From positions 431 to 64,430 of the forward strand of contig JAPONY010000081.1 in NCBI GenBank assembly GCA_026713705.1: a stretch of 64,000 nt of DNA, read 5' to 3'. Below the pieces are notes generated by a model. It was not told the origin of the DNA. It saw only the letters and a list, made by a program, of their open reading frames with translations, and did not search any database. This stretch comes from Gammaproteobacteria bacterium. GTDB taxonomy: Bacteria > Pseudomonadota > Gammaproteobacteria > Poriferisulfidales > Poriferisulfidaceae. A program made the position numbers and the translations under genes. Shown here piece by piece: positions 39,353-52,032 of this stretch; within the stretch, counting starts at the first letter, position 1, and each line of letters opens with the position of its first letter.

Positions 39353-39942
39353 GGGGGCTCGGATCGGCCGTCGGTCAGCCGCAGGCGGTCCTGTTTGCGC
39401 ACCCGGCTTTGCTGCGCCGGGTTCTGCCGGTGGTGATCCGGCCGCGCACGCAGCGTCAGCGCAATCGCGCCGACGATGGCGACCAGCAGCGCCACCGCGG
39501 CGGCCTCGAATGCCAAGGCGTAGTCGGTGTACAGCACGGAACCCAGCGCCTGCGTGTTGCTGTGCCCGAGCGGCGCCGGCATGGGCGCGGAAGCAGGGAC
39601 GAAGTCCGGTGCGATCAGGGCCGCGCCGAGTTCGGCGGCCATGACCCCCGCCACCGCCAGCGCGACCAGGCGGTAGTTGCGGCGGTGGTGAATCGTCGGC
39701 GTGTGGCGCTCGACCATCATCACCACGAACAGGAACAGCACCAGGACCGCCCCGATGTAGACCAGCACGAGCAGGATCGACAGGAACTCCGCCTCCAGAA
39801 GCATCCAGAGCATGGCGGCGGTGAAAAACGACAGGATCAGGGACAGCGCCGCATGCACCATGTTCCGCAACGTCACGGTGGCCACGGCGGCCGTCAGGAG
39901 CACGGCGCCGAACAGGTAGAACAGCAGCGTCTGGAAAGCCAT
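39346..39942 (-). CDS. nuoJ: NADH-quinone oxidoreductase subunit J
   Basis: Internal ATG 39942 of ORF 39346..40392 ('[16 protein letters not shown]'), ND6-like. The upstream part of that ORF is out-of-frame overlap with nuoI. Confidence 0.85.
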   Translation of the reverse strand: MAFQTLLFYLFGAVLLTAAVATVTLRNMVHAALSLILSFFTAAMLWMLLEAEFLSILLVLVYIGAVLVLFLFVVMMVERHTPTIHHRRNYRLVALAVAGVMAAELGAALIAPDFVPASAPMPAPLGHSNTQALGSVLYTDYALAFEAAAVALLVAIVGAIALTLRARPDHHRQNPAQQSRVRKQDRLRLTDGRSEPPC

Positions 39943-40436
39943 CAACGGAACCCGGCGTCGGCCTTGCGGTGTTCGGCGATGTGTTCCTCGTACTGGTCCC
40001 CGACGGCGAGCAAGTCTTCCTTGGTCATGATCTGGTCGCCGCGGCGCTCGAAGTGGAACTCCAGGATGTCGGTCTCGACGACCGCGTCGGTCGGACAGGC
40101 TTCCTCGCAGAAGCCGCAGTACACGCATTTGAAGAGGTCGATGTCGTAGCGGGTGGTTCGCCGGCTGCCGTCCTCGCGTTCCTCGGACTCGATGGTGATG
40201 GCCAGCGCCGGGCAGACCGCCTCGCACAATTTGCAACCGATGCAGCGTTCCTCGCCGTTGGAATAGCGCCGCAGCGCGTGCAGGCCGCGGAACCGGGGGG
40301 ATTTCGGGGTCTTCTCGTCCGGATAGCGCAGGGTGATCTTGCGCGAGAACAGGCGCCGCGCGGTCAGCCGCAAGCCGCGCAGCAGATCCCACAGGCTCAG
40401 GCTGCGCAACAGGAACATCAGGGAACTCAGGCGCAT
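39942..40436 (-). CDS. nuoI: NADH-quinone oxidoreductase subunit I
   Basis: Two 4Fe-4S ferredoxin motifs: '[12 protein letters not shown]' and '[12 protein letters not shown]'. Confidence 0.95.
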   Translation of the reverse strand: MRLSSLMFLLRSLSLWDLLRGLRLTARRLFSRKITLRYPDEKTPKSPRFRGLHALRRYSNGEERCIGCKLCEAVCPALAITIESEEREDGSRRTTRYDIDLFKCVYCGFCEEACPTDAVVETDILEFHFERRGDQIMTKEDLLAVGDQYEEHIAEHRKADAGFR

Positions 40437-40440
40437 GGCA

Positions 40441-41475
40441 TCACCCCGCGAGCCCCGCGAAACGCGCGGCGCCCAGCACGAAAATCCAGATCAGCGTCAC
40501 CGGGATGAACACCTTCCAGCCCAGGCGCATGATCTGGTCATAGCGGTAGCGCGGGAACGTCGCCCGGAACCACAGGAAGCAGAACATGAAGAACGCGGTC
40601 TTGAGAAGCCACCAGTGGATGCCGGAGTCCAGCACCGGGACCTGCCGCGCCAGTTCCGTGCCTTCGAGCGGCGACAGCCAGCCGCCGAAGAACAGGATCG
40701 CGGTCAGCGCCGAAATCAGGATCATGGCGGAATACTCCGCCAGGAAGAACACCGCGAACGCCGCGCCGGAGTATTCCACGTGAAAGCCCGCCACCAGCTC
40801 CGACTCTCCCTCGACCACGTCGAAGGGCAGGCGGTTGGTCTCGGCCACGCCCGACACCAGGTACACCAGCAGCAGGGGCAGCAGGGGCAGGAAGAACCAG
40901 TCCAGCATGCCGCCGGACTGCGCCTGCACGATGGCCGCGAGGTTGAGGCTGCCGCTCAGCATCAGCACGCCGACCAGCGCGAACCCCATCGCGATCTCGT
41001 AGGACACGACCTGCGCCGCCTGGCGCATCGCCCCGAGCAGGGCGTATTTCGAGTTGGAGGCCCAGCCGGCGATGATGATGCCGTACGCGCCGAGCGAAGT
41101 CAGCGCCAGGACGTACAGCAGGCCGGCATCGATGTTGGCCAGCCACAGGCCGTCGTCGAACGGGATCCCCGCCCAGGCGCCGAGCGCCGGGACGAGCGCC
41201 GCCAGCGGCGCCAGCCGGAACAGCATCCCGCTGGCTTGGCTGGGATGCACGACTTCCTTGGTCAGAAGCTTCAGCACATCGGCGATCGGCTGAAACAGGC
41301 CGCGCGGCCCGACCCGGCTCGGCCCCAGGCGCATCTGCATGAACCCGACGATCTTGCGTTCGGCATACGTGTAGTACGCCACCGCCGCCAGCAACGGCAC
41401 CAGGATCAGCATCGCGCCGAGCAGGAGCCATCCGACCCGAATCCATACCGACAGGTCGGCCGCCCACTCAAACAT
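40441..41475 (-). CDS. nuoH: NADH-quinone oxidoreductase subunit H
   Basis: ND1 family ('[20 protein letters not shown]'). Start taken at 'MFEWAADL' (41475), overlapping the nuoG stop. Confidence 0.9.
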   Translation of the reverse strand: MFEWAADLSVWIRVGWLLLGAMLILVPLLAAVAYYTYAERKIVGFMQMRLGPSRVGPRGLFQPIADVLKLLTKEVVHPSQASGMLFRLAPLAALVPALGAWAGIPFDDGLWLANIDAGLLYVLALTSLGAYGIIIAGWASNSKYALLGAMRQAAQVVSYEIAMGFALVGVLMLSGSLNLAAIVQAQSGGMLDWFFLPLLPLLLVYLVSGVAETNRLPFDVVEGESELVAGFHVEYSGAAFAVFFLAEYSAMILISALTAILFFGGWLSPLEGTELARQVPVLDSGIHWWLLKTAFFMFCFLWFRATFPRYRYDQIMRLGWKVFIPVTLIWIFVLGAARFAGLAG

Positions 41476-43764
41476 GGCGCAGGTCCACCTCTCCGAACGC
41501 GTTGCCGAGCAGCCCCAGCCGGGCATCTCCGGTCACCAGGTAGACGCAGTCGCGCGGCATCCGCGGATCCGCCACCAAGGGAAGCTCGAGCGTCTCCCCG
41601 TCTTGCGACAGGCGGGCGTGCGTCGCGTTCGTCAGGCCGTGTTTTCTCAGGGTTTCCGGGTGCAGCCGCAGCACCAGATCCCGCCCCAGTTCGGACTGCT
41701 GCAGGGCGTGGGCATGCCGGCTCGCCGGGTCCTGCTGGTAAATCGACGGGGAACCGACCCGCAGAAGCCCCTTGTCCGACAAACGTTTGCCGGACCTGGG
41801 CGGCTTCTCGACCCTGACCGTGCGCCCTTCCAGGCCCCGGCAGTGCGCCACCAGGGAAGCCCCCGCAAGACCCGGGGCATGGCCCGTGGCGCGGAGCAGT
41901 TCCACCAGCGCCTCCGCCCCGTCCCTCACCTCGCCCGGCGGCGGCACGGCGGCGGTCATCGACTGCCAGCGCCCCTCCAGGTTGATCAGGTGCCCGCTGC
42001 GTTCGCCGACGGTGGGAATCGGCAGCAACAAGTCGTACGGCAGATGCTCCGGGTCCGGAATGAACGACTGGAATCCGATCGTGGTGCGCGCCGCGGCCAG
42101 CGCCCGGCGCAGCTGCGCCGGATCGGCAACGTCGCAGGCCGGATCCATCCCGTAGAACACCCAGAGGTCCGGCGGTTCCTGTATCCGCGCCGACAGGTCC
42201 ATTCCGTCCATGGCTGCACCCCCGGGGCCGCGGTGCGCGACGCATCCGGTCAGCCAGGCGCCGGGCGCGTTGGCGCCCTCGGGGAGGGTGCCCAGGCGGG
42301 TTCCGGTCTGTTTGCACAAGTTGCGCACGGAAGCGTAAAGCAGGCTGGCATCCGGGTGGTTGAGCGCCAGCGGGCCCAGCCAGAACAGGGCGTTCTCCGC
42401 CTCTCCCAGGCGTTGCGCAAGCTGTTCGGAAAAGCGGGTGCCGCTTTTCCTTCCCGCCGCCGCAGGCGAGCGTTCTATGGTATGCAGAAGGGTCAGCCAT
42501 ATACGGGGCGACAGCACGGCCTCCTGGGTCGGCGCGAAGTTCCAGTCGAACGGGGCGGGGTTGATGATCCAGACCTCGGTGCCCGAGTTCACGGCCTGGC
42601 GCAGCCGGTAGTTGAGAATCGGCTGGTCGTGCCGCAGGAAGCTGCCCAGCAGGACGATCACGTCGCTTTCGGCAAGCTGGTCCATGGTGCACCCGAGCGT
42701 CGGCACGTGCGGATGCTGCCGGCCCCCGCGGAAGTCGGACATGCGGGCCCGGTGTTCGACCGTCCGGGCGCCGCAACTGCGCAGCAACTGTTGGAACCGG
42801 AAGCACTCTTCCACCGTGCTGGACGGATGGATCAGGCCGGCCTTCTCGCCGGATTCCGCCAAGGCCGCCGCCGCCTGGTCCAGTGCTTCTTCCCAGCTCA
42901 CCCGAACCCAGCTGTTGCGGTGGCGGGCCAGCGGCCAGCACAGGCGGTCCGGGTGGGCCGCCGCCTGATAGCTGAACCGGTCACGGTCCGACAGCCAGCT
43001 TTCGTTGATCGTTTCTTCGACGAGCGGCACGCAGCGGATCTGCCGTCCGCGCAGCGTGTGGCGCGACAGGCGGGACCCGACCCCGTCGTGCTCGCCCAAG
43101 CCCGGGTGGTTGTCCAGTTCCCAGGCCCGCGCGCTCATCCGCGAAGGACGGGCATTGAGCGCCCCGACCGGGCACAGGTCGATCACGCATCCCGAAAGTT
43201 CCGAATTCATCGCCCGCTGAATGTAGGTGCCGATCTTCATGAACTCACCCCGCCCAAATGCGCCCAACTCCTGCTCGCCGGCGATTTCCTCGGTGAACCG
43301 CACGCAGCGGGTGCAGTGGATACAGCGGGTCATGTCGGTCGACACCAGCGACCCCAGGTCCGGATCCAGCACCACCCGCCGCGCCTCCGAATAACGGGAG
43401 ATGTCGCTGCCGTACTCCAGGGCCAGGTCCTGAAGCTCGCATTCGCCGCCCTGGTCGCAGATCGGGCAGTCCAGCGGATGGTTGATCAGAAGGAATTCCA
43501 TGGTGGCGCGCTGCGCCTCGCGGGCGAATTCGGACCGGGTCTGCACTTCCATGCCGTCCATCACCGGGGTGGCGCAGGCCGGGACCGGTCCGCGCGCGCC
43601 CTCCACCTCGACCAGGCACATGCGGCAGTTGGCCGCCACCGAAAGCTTCGGGTGATAGCAGAAACGCGGGATCGGAACGCCCTCGCGATCCGCCACCGCG
43701 ATCAGCATCTCGCCGGCGGCCGCCTCGACCGCGCGCCCATTCAAGGTGATCGTGACCGGATCGC

Positions 43765-43768
<4 letters not shown>
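41468..43768 (-). CDS. nuoG: NADH-quinone oxidoreductase subunit G
   Basis: ATG 43768 (ATGA overlap with the nuoF stop); 766 aa. N-terminal Fe-S cluster cysteines: '[19 protein letters not shown]', '[14 protein letters not shown]'. Confidence 0.9.
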
Positions 43769-45041
<1,273 letters not shown>

Positions 45042-45045
<4 letters not shown>

Positions 45046-45524
45046 GACAGCGCCTCCAGAATCTTGTCGATTTTCTCCGGAGTCAGGTTTTCATGGTAGA
45101 CATGGTCGACCTGCATCATCGGCGCGCCGCAGCATCCCGCCAGGCATTCCTCCTCGGACTTCAGGAAGATTCGCCCGTCCTCGGTCGACTCGCCGGCACG
45201 GATGCCCAGGCTTTTCTCGATATGGGCCAGGATTTCCTCGCCGCCGCGCAGCCAGCAGGAGATGTTGGTGCAGACCGCCACCGTATGGCGTCCGACCGGC
45301 TGGTGCTGGAACCCGGTGTAGAACGAGCCGACCTCGTACACCTGGATGGCCGGGAGGCCCAGGTAGTCGGCCACGGCGTCCATCCTCTCCGGGGTCAGAT
45401 GTCCATACTCCTTCTGCACTTCGCGCAAGGCGCCCAGTACGGCCGAGCGCCGGTGCTCGGCGGGAAAGCGCCCCAACCAGGCGTCGATGCGGTCGCACAG
45501 GTCCGAAGTCAGGATGTCGCTCAT
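45042..45524 (-). CDS. nuoE: NADH-quinone oxidoreductase subunit E
   Basis: Internal ATG 45524 (overlaps the nuoD stop); 160 aa. 2Fe-2S ligands: '[10 protein letters not shown]' and 'CLAGCCGAP'. Confidence 0.9.
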
Positions 45525-46774
45525 CGGTCGACCTCGCCGAAGACCAAGTCCAGGGTCCCGATCAGGGCGACCACGTCCGCCAGCATGTGTCCGCGCGACA
45601 ACTCGTCGAGCGCCGCCAGGTGAGGGAAGCCCGGCGCACGGATCTTCAACCGGTACGGCTTGTTCGCGCCGTCCGAGACCAGGTAGATTCCGAACTCGCC
45701 TTTCGGGTGCTCGACCGCGGCATAGGTCTCGCCCTCCGGCAGGCAGAACCCTTCCGTAAACAGTTTGAAGTGATGGATCATCGCTTCCATGTCGTGCTTC
45801 ATTTCCTCGCGCGGCGGCGGCGCGATCTTGTGGTCGTCGACGATGACCGGCCCCGGATTCTTGCGCAGCCATTCCACGCACTGGCGGATAATCCGGTTCG
45901 ACTGGCGCATCTCCTCGATTCGAACCAGATAGCGGTCATAGCAATCTCCGTTGGTGCCAATCGGCACGTCGAACTGCATCGCGTCGTACACCGCGTACGG
46001 TTGCCGCCGGCGCAGATCCCAGGGGATGCCGGAGCCGCGAAGCATGGGCCCGGTGAATCCCAGTTGCAGCGCCCGCTCGGGGCTGACCACGCCAATGTCC
46101 ACCGTCCGTTGTTTCCAGATTCGATTGTCGGTCAGCAAGGTTTCGTATTCGTCGACGCAACCGGGGAAGCGCTCGGTGAACGTTTCCACGAAATCCAGCA
46201 GGCCGCCCTCGCGGTCGCGGTTCCGCCGGCGGGCCTCGCGCTTCGTGCAGAAGCGCGACGGTTGGTAGCGCGGCATGGATGCCGGCAGGTCGCGGTACAC
46301 ACCGCCGGGGCGATAGTACGTCGCGTGCATGCGCGCGCCGGTCGTCGCCTCGTAGCAGTCCATCAGGTCTTCCCGCTCCCGAAACGCGTACAGGAATACG
46401 GTCATGGCACCGATGTCGAGCGCGTGCGCGCCCAGCCACAGCAGGTGGTTGAGGATTCGCGTGATCTCGTCGAACATGACCCGGATGTACTGCGCGCGCA
46501 CCGGGATTTCGAGTTCCAGCAACTGCTCGATCGCCCGCACGTAGGCATGTTCGTTGCACATCATGGACACGTAGTCCAGCCGGTCCATGTAGCCGATGCT
46601 CTGGTTGTACGGCTTGCTCTCGGCCAGCTTCTCGGTGCCCCGGTGCAGCAGGCCGATATGCGGGTCGATGCGTTCCACGACCTCGCCGTCCAGCTCCAGC
46701 ACCAGTCGCAGGACCCCGTGGGACGCCGGATGCTGCGGCCCGAAGTTCATGGTGTAGTTGCGGATCTCAGCCAT
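45521..46774 (-). CDS. nuoD: NADH-quinone oxidoreductase subunit D
   Basis: 417 aa; '[15 protein letters not shown]'; the 49-kDa subunit. Confidence 0.95.
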   Translation of the reverse strand: MAEIRNYTMNFGPQHPASHGVLRLVLELDGEVVERIDPHIGLLHRGTEKLAESKPYNQSIGYMDRLDYVSMMCNEHAYVRAIEQLLELEIPVRAQYIRVMFDEITRILNHLLWLGAHALDIGAMTVFLYAFREREDLMDCYEATTGARMHATYYRPGGVYRDLPASMPRYQPSRFCTKREARRRNRDREGGLLDFVETFTERFPGCVDEYETLLTDNRIWKQRTVDIGVVSPERALQLGFTGPMLRGSGIPWDLRRRQPYAVYDAMQFDVPIGTNGDCYDRYLVRIEEMRQSNRIIRQCVEWLRKNPGPVIVDDHKIAPPPREEMKHDMEAMIHHFKLFTEGFCLPEGETYAAVEHPKGEFGIYLVSDGANKPYRLKIRAPGFPHLAALDELSRGHMLADVVALIGTLDLVFGEVDR

Positions 46775-47447
46775 GGCCCTCTCCGCGCCGGACCTTCGGC
46801 ACGCCGACCCGGGGCTCGATGGTCACCGGTTGGTAGATGACTCGCCGGAGATCCGGATCGTAACGCACCTCCATATGGCCGCTGAGGGGAAAGTCCTTGC
46901 GCAGCGGGTGGCCGATAAAGCCGTAATCGGTCAGGATGCGGCGCAGGTCCGGATGGCCCTCGAACACGATGCCGAACAGATCGAAGGCTTCGCGCTCATA
47001 CCAGTCCGCGCATTGCCAGAGCGCCCGCACCGACGGCAGCGTCGGCCAGGCCCCGCTCGCGCAGCGCGCCACGACCCGGACGCGGCGGTTGTGGGACAGC
47101 GACAGCAACTGATAGGCCACCGCGAACCGCTGGTCCTGCTCGGCCGGCGGATGGGGGTCCTCGAAGGAATAGCGTGCCGAGGTGGCGGCCTCGAAGGCCC
47201 GTGAAAACCCGGTGGCGGTTGCCTCATCGGTGCTCCACTCGGTCTCGCCGTATTCGGCGTAGTCCAGGCCTGCCAGGTCGATCAGTTGTTCGAACCGGCA
47301 CTCCGGATCGTCGCGGAAGTGACGCAGGATGTCGATCAGGTGCTCTGCCGTGGTCATCAAGCTCGGGCAATCACGGTCGGTGCGGATTTCCGCCCGGTCG
47401 CCCAGCCAATCCGCCTGCGCGGAAATCCAGGAATCAGAAGCGGTCAT
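46767..47447 (-). CDS. nuoC: NADH-quinone oxidoreductase subunit C
   Basis: 226 aa; '[29 protein letters not shown]'; the 30-kDa subunit. Confidence 0.9.
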   Translation of the reverse strand: MTASDSWISAQADWLGDRAEIRTDRDCPSLMTTAEHLIDILRHFRDDPECRFEQLIDLAGLDYAEYGETEWSTDEATATGFSRAFEAATSARYSFEDPHPPAEQDQRFAVAYQLLSLSHNRRVRVVARCASGAWPTLPSVRALWQCADWYEREAFDLFGIVFEGHPDLRRILTDYGFIGHPLRKDFPLSGHMEVRYDPDLRRVIYQPVTIEPRVGVPKVRRGEGHG

Positions 47448-47948
47448 TCAGCGGGCCAGCGTATGGGTGCGGCGGATCTTGTTCTGCAATTGCATGATTC
47501 CGTACAGCAGCGCTTCCGCGGTCGGCGGGCAGCCCGGCACATAGATGTCGACCGGCACGATGCGGTCGCAGCCGCGCACGACGGAATAGGAATAGTGATA
47601 GTAGCCCCCGCCGTTGGCGCAGGACCCCATCGAGATCACCCACTTCGGGTCCGGCATCTGGTCGTACACGCGGCGCAGCGCCGGTGCCATCTTGTTGACC
47701 AGGGTGCCCGCCACGATCATGACGTCCGATTGCCGCGGGCTCGGCCGGAACAGCATCCCGAAACGGTCCAGGTCGTAGCGCGACGCACCGGCGTGCATCA
47801 TTTCCACTGCGCAGCAGGCGAGCCCGAAGGTCATCGGCCACAGCGAGCCCGAGCGCGCCCAGTTGACCAGCAGGTCGGCGCTGGTCACCATGAAGCCCCG
47901 CTGGAGCTGTTCCGCCTCCTGCGGGCGCAATTGTTCCATCAATCCCAT
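47448..47948 (-). CDS. nuoB: NADH-quinone oxidoreductase subunit B
   Basis: '[10 protein letters not shown]', '[10 protein letters not shown]' and 'VPGCPP' N2-cluster ligands. The start is at 47948, or alternatively 47939. Confidence 0.9.
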   Translation of the reverse strand: MGLMEQLRPQEAEQLQRGFMVTSADLLVNWARSGSLWPMTFGLACCAVEMMHAGASRYDLDRFGMLFRPSPRQSDVMIVAGTLVNKMAPALRRVYDQMPDPKWVISMGSCANGGGYYHYSYSVVRGCDRIVPVDIYVPGCPPTAEALLYGIMQLQNKIRRTHTLAR

Positions 47949-48298
47949 TCCAACGCCCCCCGCCGCCATTCGAATACGAAGCCCACCGCCAGGATCAGCA
48001 GGAACACCGCCATCGAAATCAGCCCGTACACCCCGATTTCCTCCAGCGCCACCGCCCACGGAAACAGGAACGCTACCTCCAGATCGAACAACACGAACAG
48101 GATTACGACGAGGTAGTAGCGCACGTCAAACTTCATGCGCGCGTCATCGAACGGCTCAAACCCGCATTCGTAGGGGCGCGTCTTGTCCGGATTCGGGTCC
48201 CGCCTGGACATCAGATGTCCCAGCAACAGCACGGTCGCGCCGATCCCTACGCCCACCAGAAGGAACAGCAGTACAGCCAAATACTCGTCAAGCATCAA
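47939..48298 (-). CDS. nuoA: NADH-quinone oxidoreductase subunit A
   Basis: 119-aa ND3-like protein; '[12 protein letters not shown]'. Confidence 0.9.
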   Translation of the reverse strand: MMLDEYLAVLLFLLVGVGIGATVLLLGHLMSRRDPNPDKTRPYECGFEPFDDARMKFDVRYYLVVILFVLFDLEVAFLFPWAVALEEIGVYGLISMAVFLLILAVGFVFEWRRGALEWD

Positions 48299-48749
48299 GT
48301 CTCTCCCGATTCATGCTCGTGACAGTCCCGCGGAAATACTCCGCGGTGCGGGTTCTGCAAAGCCGAACAACGGCCAGACCCCATCGGTGGCCTCTGGAAA
48401 TACGGTTCCCGCGAAATCCCATACAAATTATAGACCCCCGCCCCACGAACAAGAAACCCGGCGAGCCCTGCAAGCGTTGGCCTCTCGCCCTGCCTCATCC
48501 CCCCCCTCCCCACGGATTGCCATTGTCCCCATTAGGGACGATTCCCCCCCCTGAATTCGGGCTTTTCGGGGAACTTGAGCACACATGAATGTCAAACACA
48601 TGGGGGATTCGCGGTGGTTGTCCGCGTGATCCAGCCACGGCATCGACGCCGGCAGCCGCTGAAGTACTAGCGAGGTACGACATGCTGGACGAGTCGCGGG
48701 CGGAATCCGCCATCAATCGGAACGCATCGGTTCCGGCTAAGGCCGGCTG

Positions 48750-48914
48750 ATGCCCAGGAAAGCCGAGAGCGCGCGGCGGCGCGCATTGAATATCTGCGTC
48801 GAGTGCCCGGAGCCTTCTTTCACGGCGCGTTGCCCGAAGTGCAAGGCGCGCGAACGGGAACGCGATAAGCGGGCCCGGCGCGCCAAGCGCGCGCGGAAAC
48901 GTGTCAGGAAGTGA
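48750..48914 (+). CDS. possible small basic zinc-ribbon protein (54 aa)
   Basis: Hand translation: MPRKAESARRRALNICVECPEPSFTARCPKCKARERERDKRARRAKRARKRVRK*. It has two CxxC pairs and a Lys/Arg tail, and is below the ORF-track size cutoff. It ends 1 nt before tRNA-Val on the opposite strand. No clear SD. Confidence 0.3.
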   Translation: MPRKAESARRRALNICVECPEPSFTARCPKCKARERERDKRARRAKRARKRVRK

Positions 48915-48915
48915 G

Positions 48916-48992
<77 letters not shown>

Positions 48993-49048
48993 ACGGAAAA
49001 TCCGGTTGGCTTTTTCAATACTACCACGCGCGAAGGCGGGCGGGCGGT

Positions 49049-49594
49049 TCAGCCTGGCGTGCCTTCTACTAATTCCAGCAAACCGGCCAGGTCGTCCGCG
49101 TGCTCTTCCTCCATTTTCAGGATATCTTCCATGATCCGGCGGGTCGTGGGATCGTTGTCCTTGAGCCAGCGAATGATTTCGGAGTAGGTCTCGATGGCGA
49201 TTCGTTCCGCGACCAGGTCCTCCCGGATCATGTCGGACAGGGACTCGCCTTCGGTGTATTCCGCATGCGAACGCGTGGCCAATCCCTTCGGGTCGAAATT
49301 CGGCACGCCGCCGAGCTGGGTGATGCGCTGCGCAATCCAGTCCGCATGCATCTGTTCTTCGTTGGCGTGCTCCAGAAACTCTGCGGCCACGGTCGGCGCG
49401 TTGATTCCGGTTGCCATGTAATAGTGGTTCTTGTAACGCAAGATGCAAACGATCTCGGTCGCCAATACCTCGTTCAGCACTCCGATGACCTGCTCCAGGT
49501 CGGCCTTGTAGGCTCCCGTCACTGCGCCGTCGGTCATTTTTGCCCGGGCGCGGATGCGGATTGCTTCCAGATCTGTTTTGAATGGTTGTGCCAT
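49049..49594 (-). CDS. ferritin-like / bacterioferritin-family protein
   Basis: Internal ATG 49594 (181 aa). Di-iron-type motifs: 'LATEIVCILRYKNHY', 'EHANEEQMHADWIAQRITQLGG', 'MEEEHADDL'. Confidence 0.7.
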   Translation of the reverse strand: MAQPFKTDLEAIRIRARAKMTDGAVTGAYKADLEQVIGVLNEVLATEIVCILRYKNHYYMATGINAPTVAAEFLEHANEEQMHADWIAQRITQLGGVPNFDPKGLATRSHAEYTEGESLSDMIREDLVAERIAIETYSEIIRWLKDNDPTTRRIMEDILKMEEEHADDLAGLLELVEGTPG

Positions 49595-49644
49595 GTCGGC
49601 CCCCTTGCTTTTTCTCTTCTCCCCCCCTTTGGACATTCTATCGT

Positions 49645-50439
49645 TTAAAGGGTTCCAGACAGCCCGTCCACGGTCCGGCTCAGAGCACCCAAGGCCATGT
49701 AGTGGGGCAAGCAGAATTGCATGGTTGATTCTTCCTCCCCCACCGCGGCCGGGCCGTGGACATAGGGGGCGCCATCCGACTCCCGAACCAGCTGCAAAAG
49801 TGCCGGCATCCCCGCCAGGCGCGCAAGATCCTCCAGAATTTCCGGTCGCGCAAACAAGAACCGGCTGATCCGTGCCGCGATCCCCTGCCCGGTGAATCCC
49901 TGCCTTCTGCACCACTCCGCGGAGATTGCGGGATCCTTCGCGAGTTGCGTCACCACGCCAATCGGAATCCGGCAGGATCGCGACCAGTCCGTTTTCCTCT
50001 TCCAGGCCTCCGCCAGGCGACCCTCATTGATTTCCGGATGTCCTTCCGGATAACCGGAGAACCACACCCGTTCAAGTCCGCTTCGCTCCAGCGCCCCGGA
50101 GTCCATCGCATCAAGGCTGTCTTTCAGAAACCCCGCCGGCTCCACATCGCCCGCCAAGACTAATGCTTCCCGAACAGCTGCTTCGTCATGCAAGAGCCGG
50201 ATCGTTTCTTCCAGCTGCTTCGGGTCCCGATAGCGCCGCGCCGTCAGGTGCGGCACGGGCTGGTGACCCAACTGCCGCACGCGCAGGCAATCCTGAATGA
50301 ACCCCTCCAGCGTCTGCCCGCCCAAGTGCGCCACGAAGACGTTCCATGTCCCCGGCAGTCGCGCGAGACTGTCGCCTTCCCGGCTCAGATCGTCGCCGGT
50401 GACTTCCAGGCTGGGAGACAAATCTTTTGCCACAATCAA
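49645..50439 (-). CDS. methylenetetrahydrofolate reductase-like protein
   Basis: 'PVPHLTARR' and 'ALVLAGDVEPAG' resemble the MetF-family 'pHLTc' and 'aLrGD.P' blocks. This is a moderate by-eye match only. Confidence 0.45.
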   Translation of the reverse strand: MIVAKDLSPSLEVTGDDLSREGDSLARLPGTWNVFVAHLGGQTLEGFIQDCLRVRQLGHQPVPHLTARRYRDPKQLEETIRLLHDEAAVREALVLAGDVEPAGFLKDSLDAMDSGALERSGLERVWFSGYPEGHPEINEGRLAEAWKRKTDWSRSCRIPIGVVTQLAKDPAISAEWCRRQGFTGQGIAARISRFLFARPEILEDLARLAGMPALLQLVRESDGAPYVHGPAAVGEEESTMQFCLPHYMALGALSRTVDGLSGTL

Positions 50440-50498
50440 GGGTTGCGTAATCTGCGGTCAGGGTAAAATTTGGCCTCACCCTATACTTTACTCCGAAG

Positions 50499-51350
50499 AT
50501 GAGGCCCCGATTCCTTGCTACATGCCTTTCCGTTGCCGGACCGTTGCTCGCAGGCATCACGGCTGCAAACGCCATGGATATCATCCTTGACGGCCCGCTG
50601 ACCCAGGGCGGACTCGTTCGCGGCCAAGTCGCGCCCGGCCAAACCGTGACGCTGGATGGTCAGGCCGTCGCCACGACCGAGGATGGGCATTTTGTCATTG
50701 GCTTTGGGCGGGAACATCCCTCGCGTTCCACCCTGCGAGTAAATGGCCCCAAATCCGTCTTCGAACGAACCCTGGCGATCACGGCGCGTGAATACCAGAC
50801 CCAGCACATCAAGGGACTGCCGAGGAAGATGGTCACGCCGGATCCGGATGACCTCGCGCGCATCAAGCGCGACCAGGCTGAGGTCAAGGCGGCTCGTGCC
50901 GTACACAGCACCCGCTTGGACTTCCTGCAGCCCTTCCGGTGGCCCGCGGTCGGCATCATTACTGGCGTTTATGGAAGCCACCGGGTTTTGAACGGCGAGC
51001 CGCGCAACCCGCATTACGGGATCGATATCGCCGCGCCTGCCGGCACTCCCGTGCGGGCGCCCGCCCCCGGGCAGGTCACGCTGGCACATCCGGATATGTA
51101 CTACACTGGCGCGACCATAATCCTGGATCATGGCTTCGGCGTGTCATCCACCTTTCTTCACCTGCAAGGCATCGATGTCGCAGTCGGACAAGCCGTGGCG
51201 GCCGGCGAACAGATCGGCCGAGTCGGATCCAGCGGGCGCTCTACCGGCCCGCACCTGGACTGGCGCATGAACTGGTTTGGCACCCGAGTCGATCCGGCCC
51301 TGCTGGCCGGGCCCATGCCCGCCCCCCCGGGCGAGGAAGAATCTCAATGA
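50499..51350 (+). CDS. M23-family metallopeptidase
   Basis: 'HYGIDIAAPAGTPVRAPAPG' and 'GSSGRSTGPHLDWR' (HxxxD / HxH-type LytM motifs); signal peptide present. Confidence 0.85.
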   Translation: MRPRFLATCLSVAGPLLAGITAANAMDIILDGPLTQGGLVRGQVAPGQTVTLDGQAVATTEDGHFVIGFGREHPSRSTLRVNGPKSVFERTLAITAREYQTQHIKGLPRKMVTPDPDDLARIKRDQAEVKAARAVHSTRLDFLQPFRWPAVGIITGVYGSHRVLNGEPRNPHYGIDIAAPAGTPVRAPAPGQVTLAHPDMYYTGATIILDHGFGVSSTFLHLQGIDVAVGQAVAAGEQIGRVGSSGRSTGPHLDWRMNWFGTRVDPALLAGPMPAPPGEEESQ

Positions 51351-51832
51351 AGCCGAGCCTGATTGGGGTTCTTCTGGTCTTCGGGCTTGCCGCGGCTCAC
51401 GCCGCCAGCCCGGTCGACCGCGTTGTCGTGAAGAAATCCGAGGCGGTCCTGCAACTCATGATCGGAGAGCAAGTGATCCGCCAGTTTCCTATCTACCTGG
51501 GTGGAAACCCCATCGGTCATAAGCAGCATCAGGGAGACCGCCGAACCCCTGAGGGGCGTTACCTGCTCCACGAGCGCAAAGCGAAAAGCCGCTTCTACCG
51601 GGCCCTGCGCGTTTCCTATCCCAACAACGCCGACCAGGCCGCAGCGAAAGCGGCCGGAAAATCTCCGGGTGGCGACATCATGATTCACGGCATGCCTTCT
51701 CTAGAGAAGCGCAGCCTTCTGATGTTCGATGGGCGGAATTGGACTGACGGCTGCATCGCGATCAGCAACCCGCACATGCGGGAGGTCTGGGACTTGGTGG
51801 ATTTGGGCACGCCGATAGAAATCCTGCCATAA
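51347..51832 (+). CDS. L,D-transpeptidase (YkuD domain)
   Basis: Internal ATG 51347 (ATGA overlap with the M23 gene stop). Signal peptide; 'IMIHGMP...NWTDGCIAI' catalytic His/Cys motif. Confidence 0.85.
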   Translation: MKPSLIGVLLVFGLAAAHAASPVDRVVVKKSEAVLQLMIGEQVIRQFPIYLGGNPIGHKQHQGDRRTPEGRYLLHERKAKSRFYRALRVSYPNNADQAAAKAAGKSPGGDIMIHGMPSLEKRSLLMFDGRNWTDGCIAISNPHMREVWDLVDLGTPIEILP

Positions 51833-52032
51833 TCAAGCAGTTATTTGTTTCTGCCTGCTTCTCTAGGTAAATCAACAATATAACCCCCCGGCCTTTCGCC
51901 GGTGAATTTTAATCTCGCTGAAATATCCAGCACTTCTGCCGCCGTCTTTTCCGGTTCGGTATAGTCCCTTATCCCCACGGCTTTGTTCGGACTCGAAGCC
52001 GTAATTATGACAACGACAACTGAGGGGTTTCT

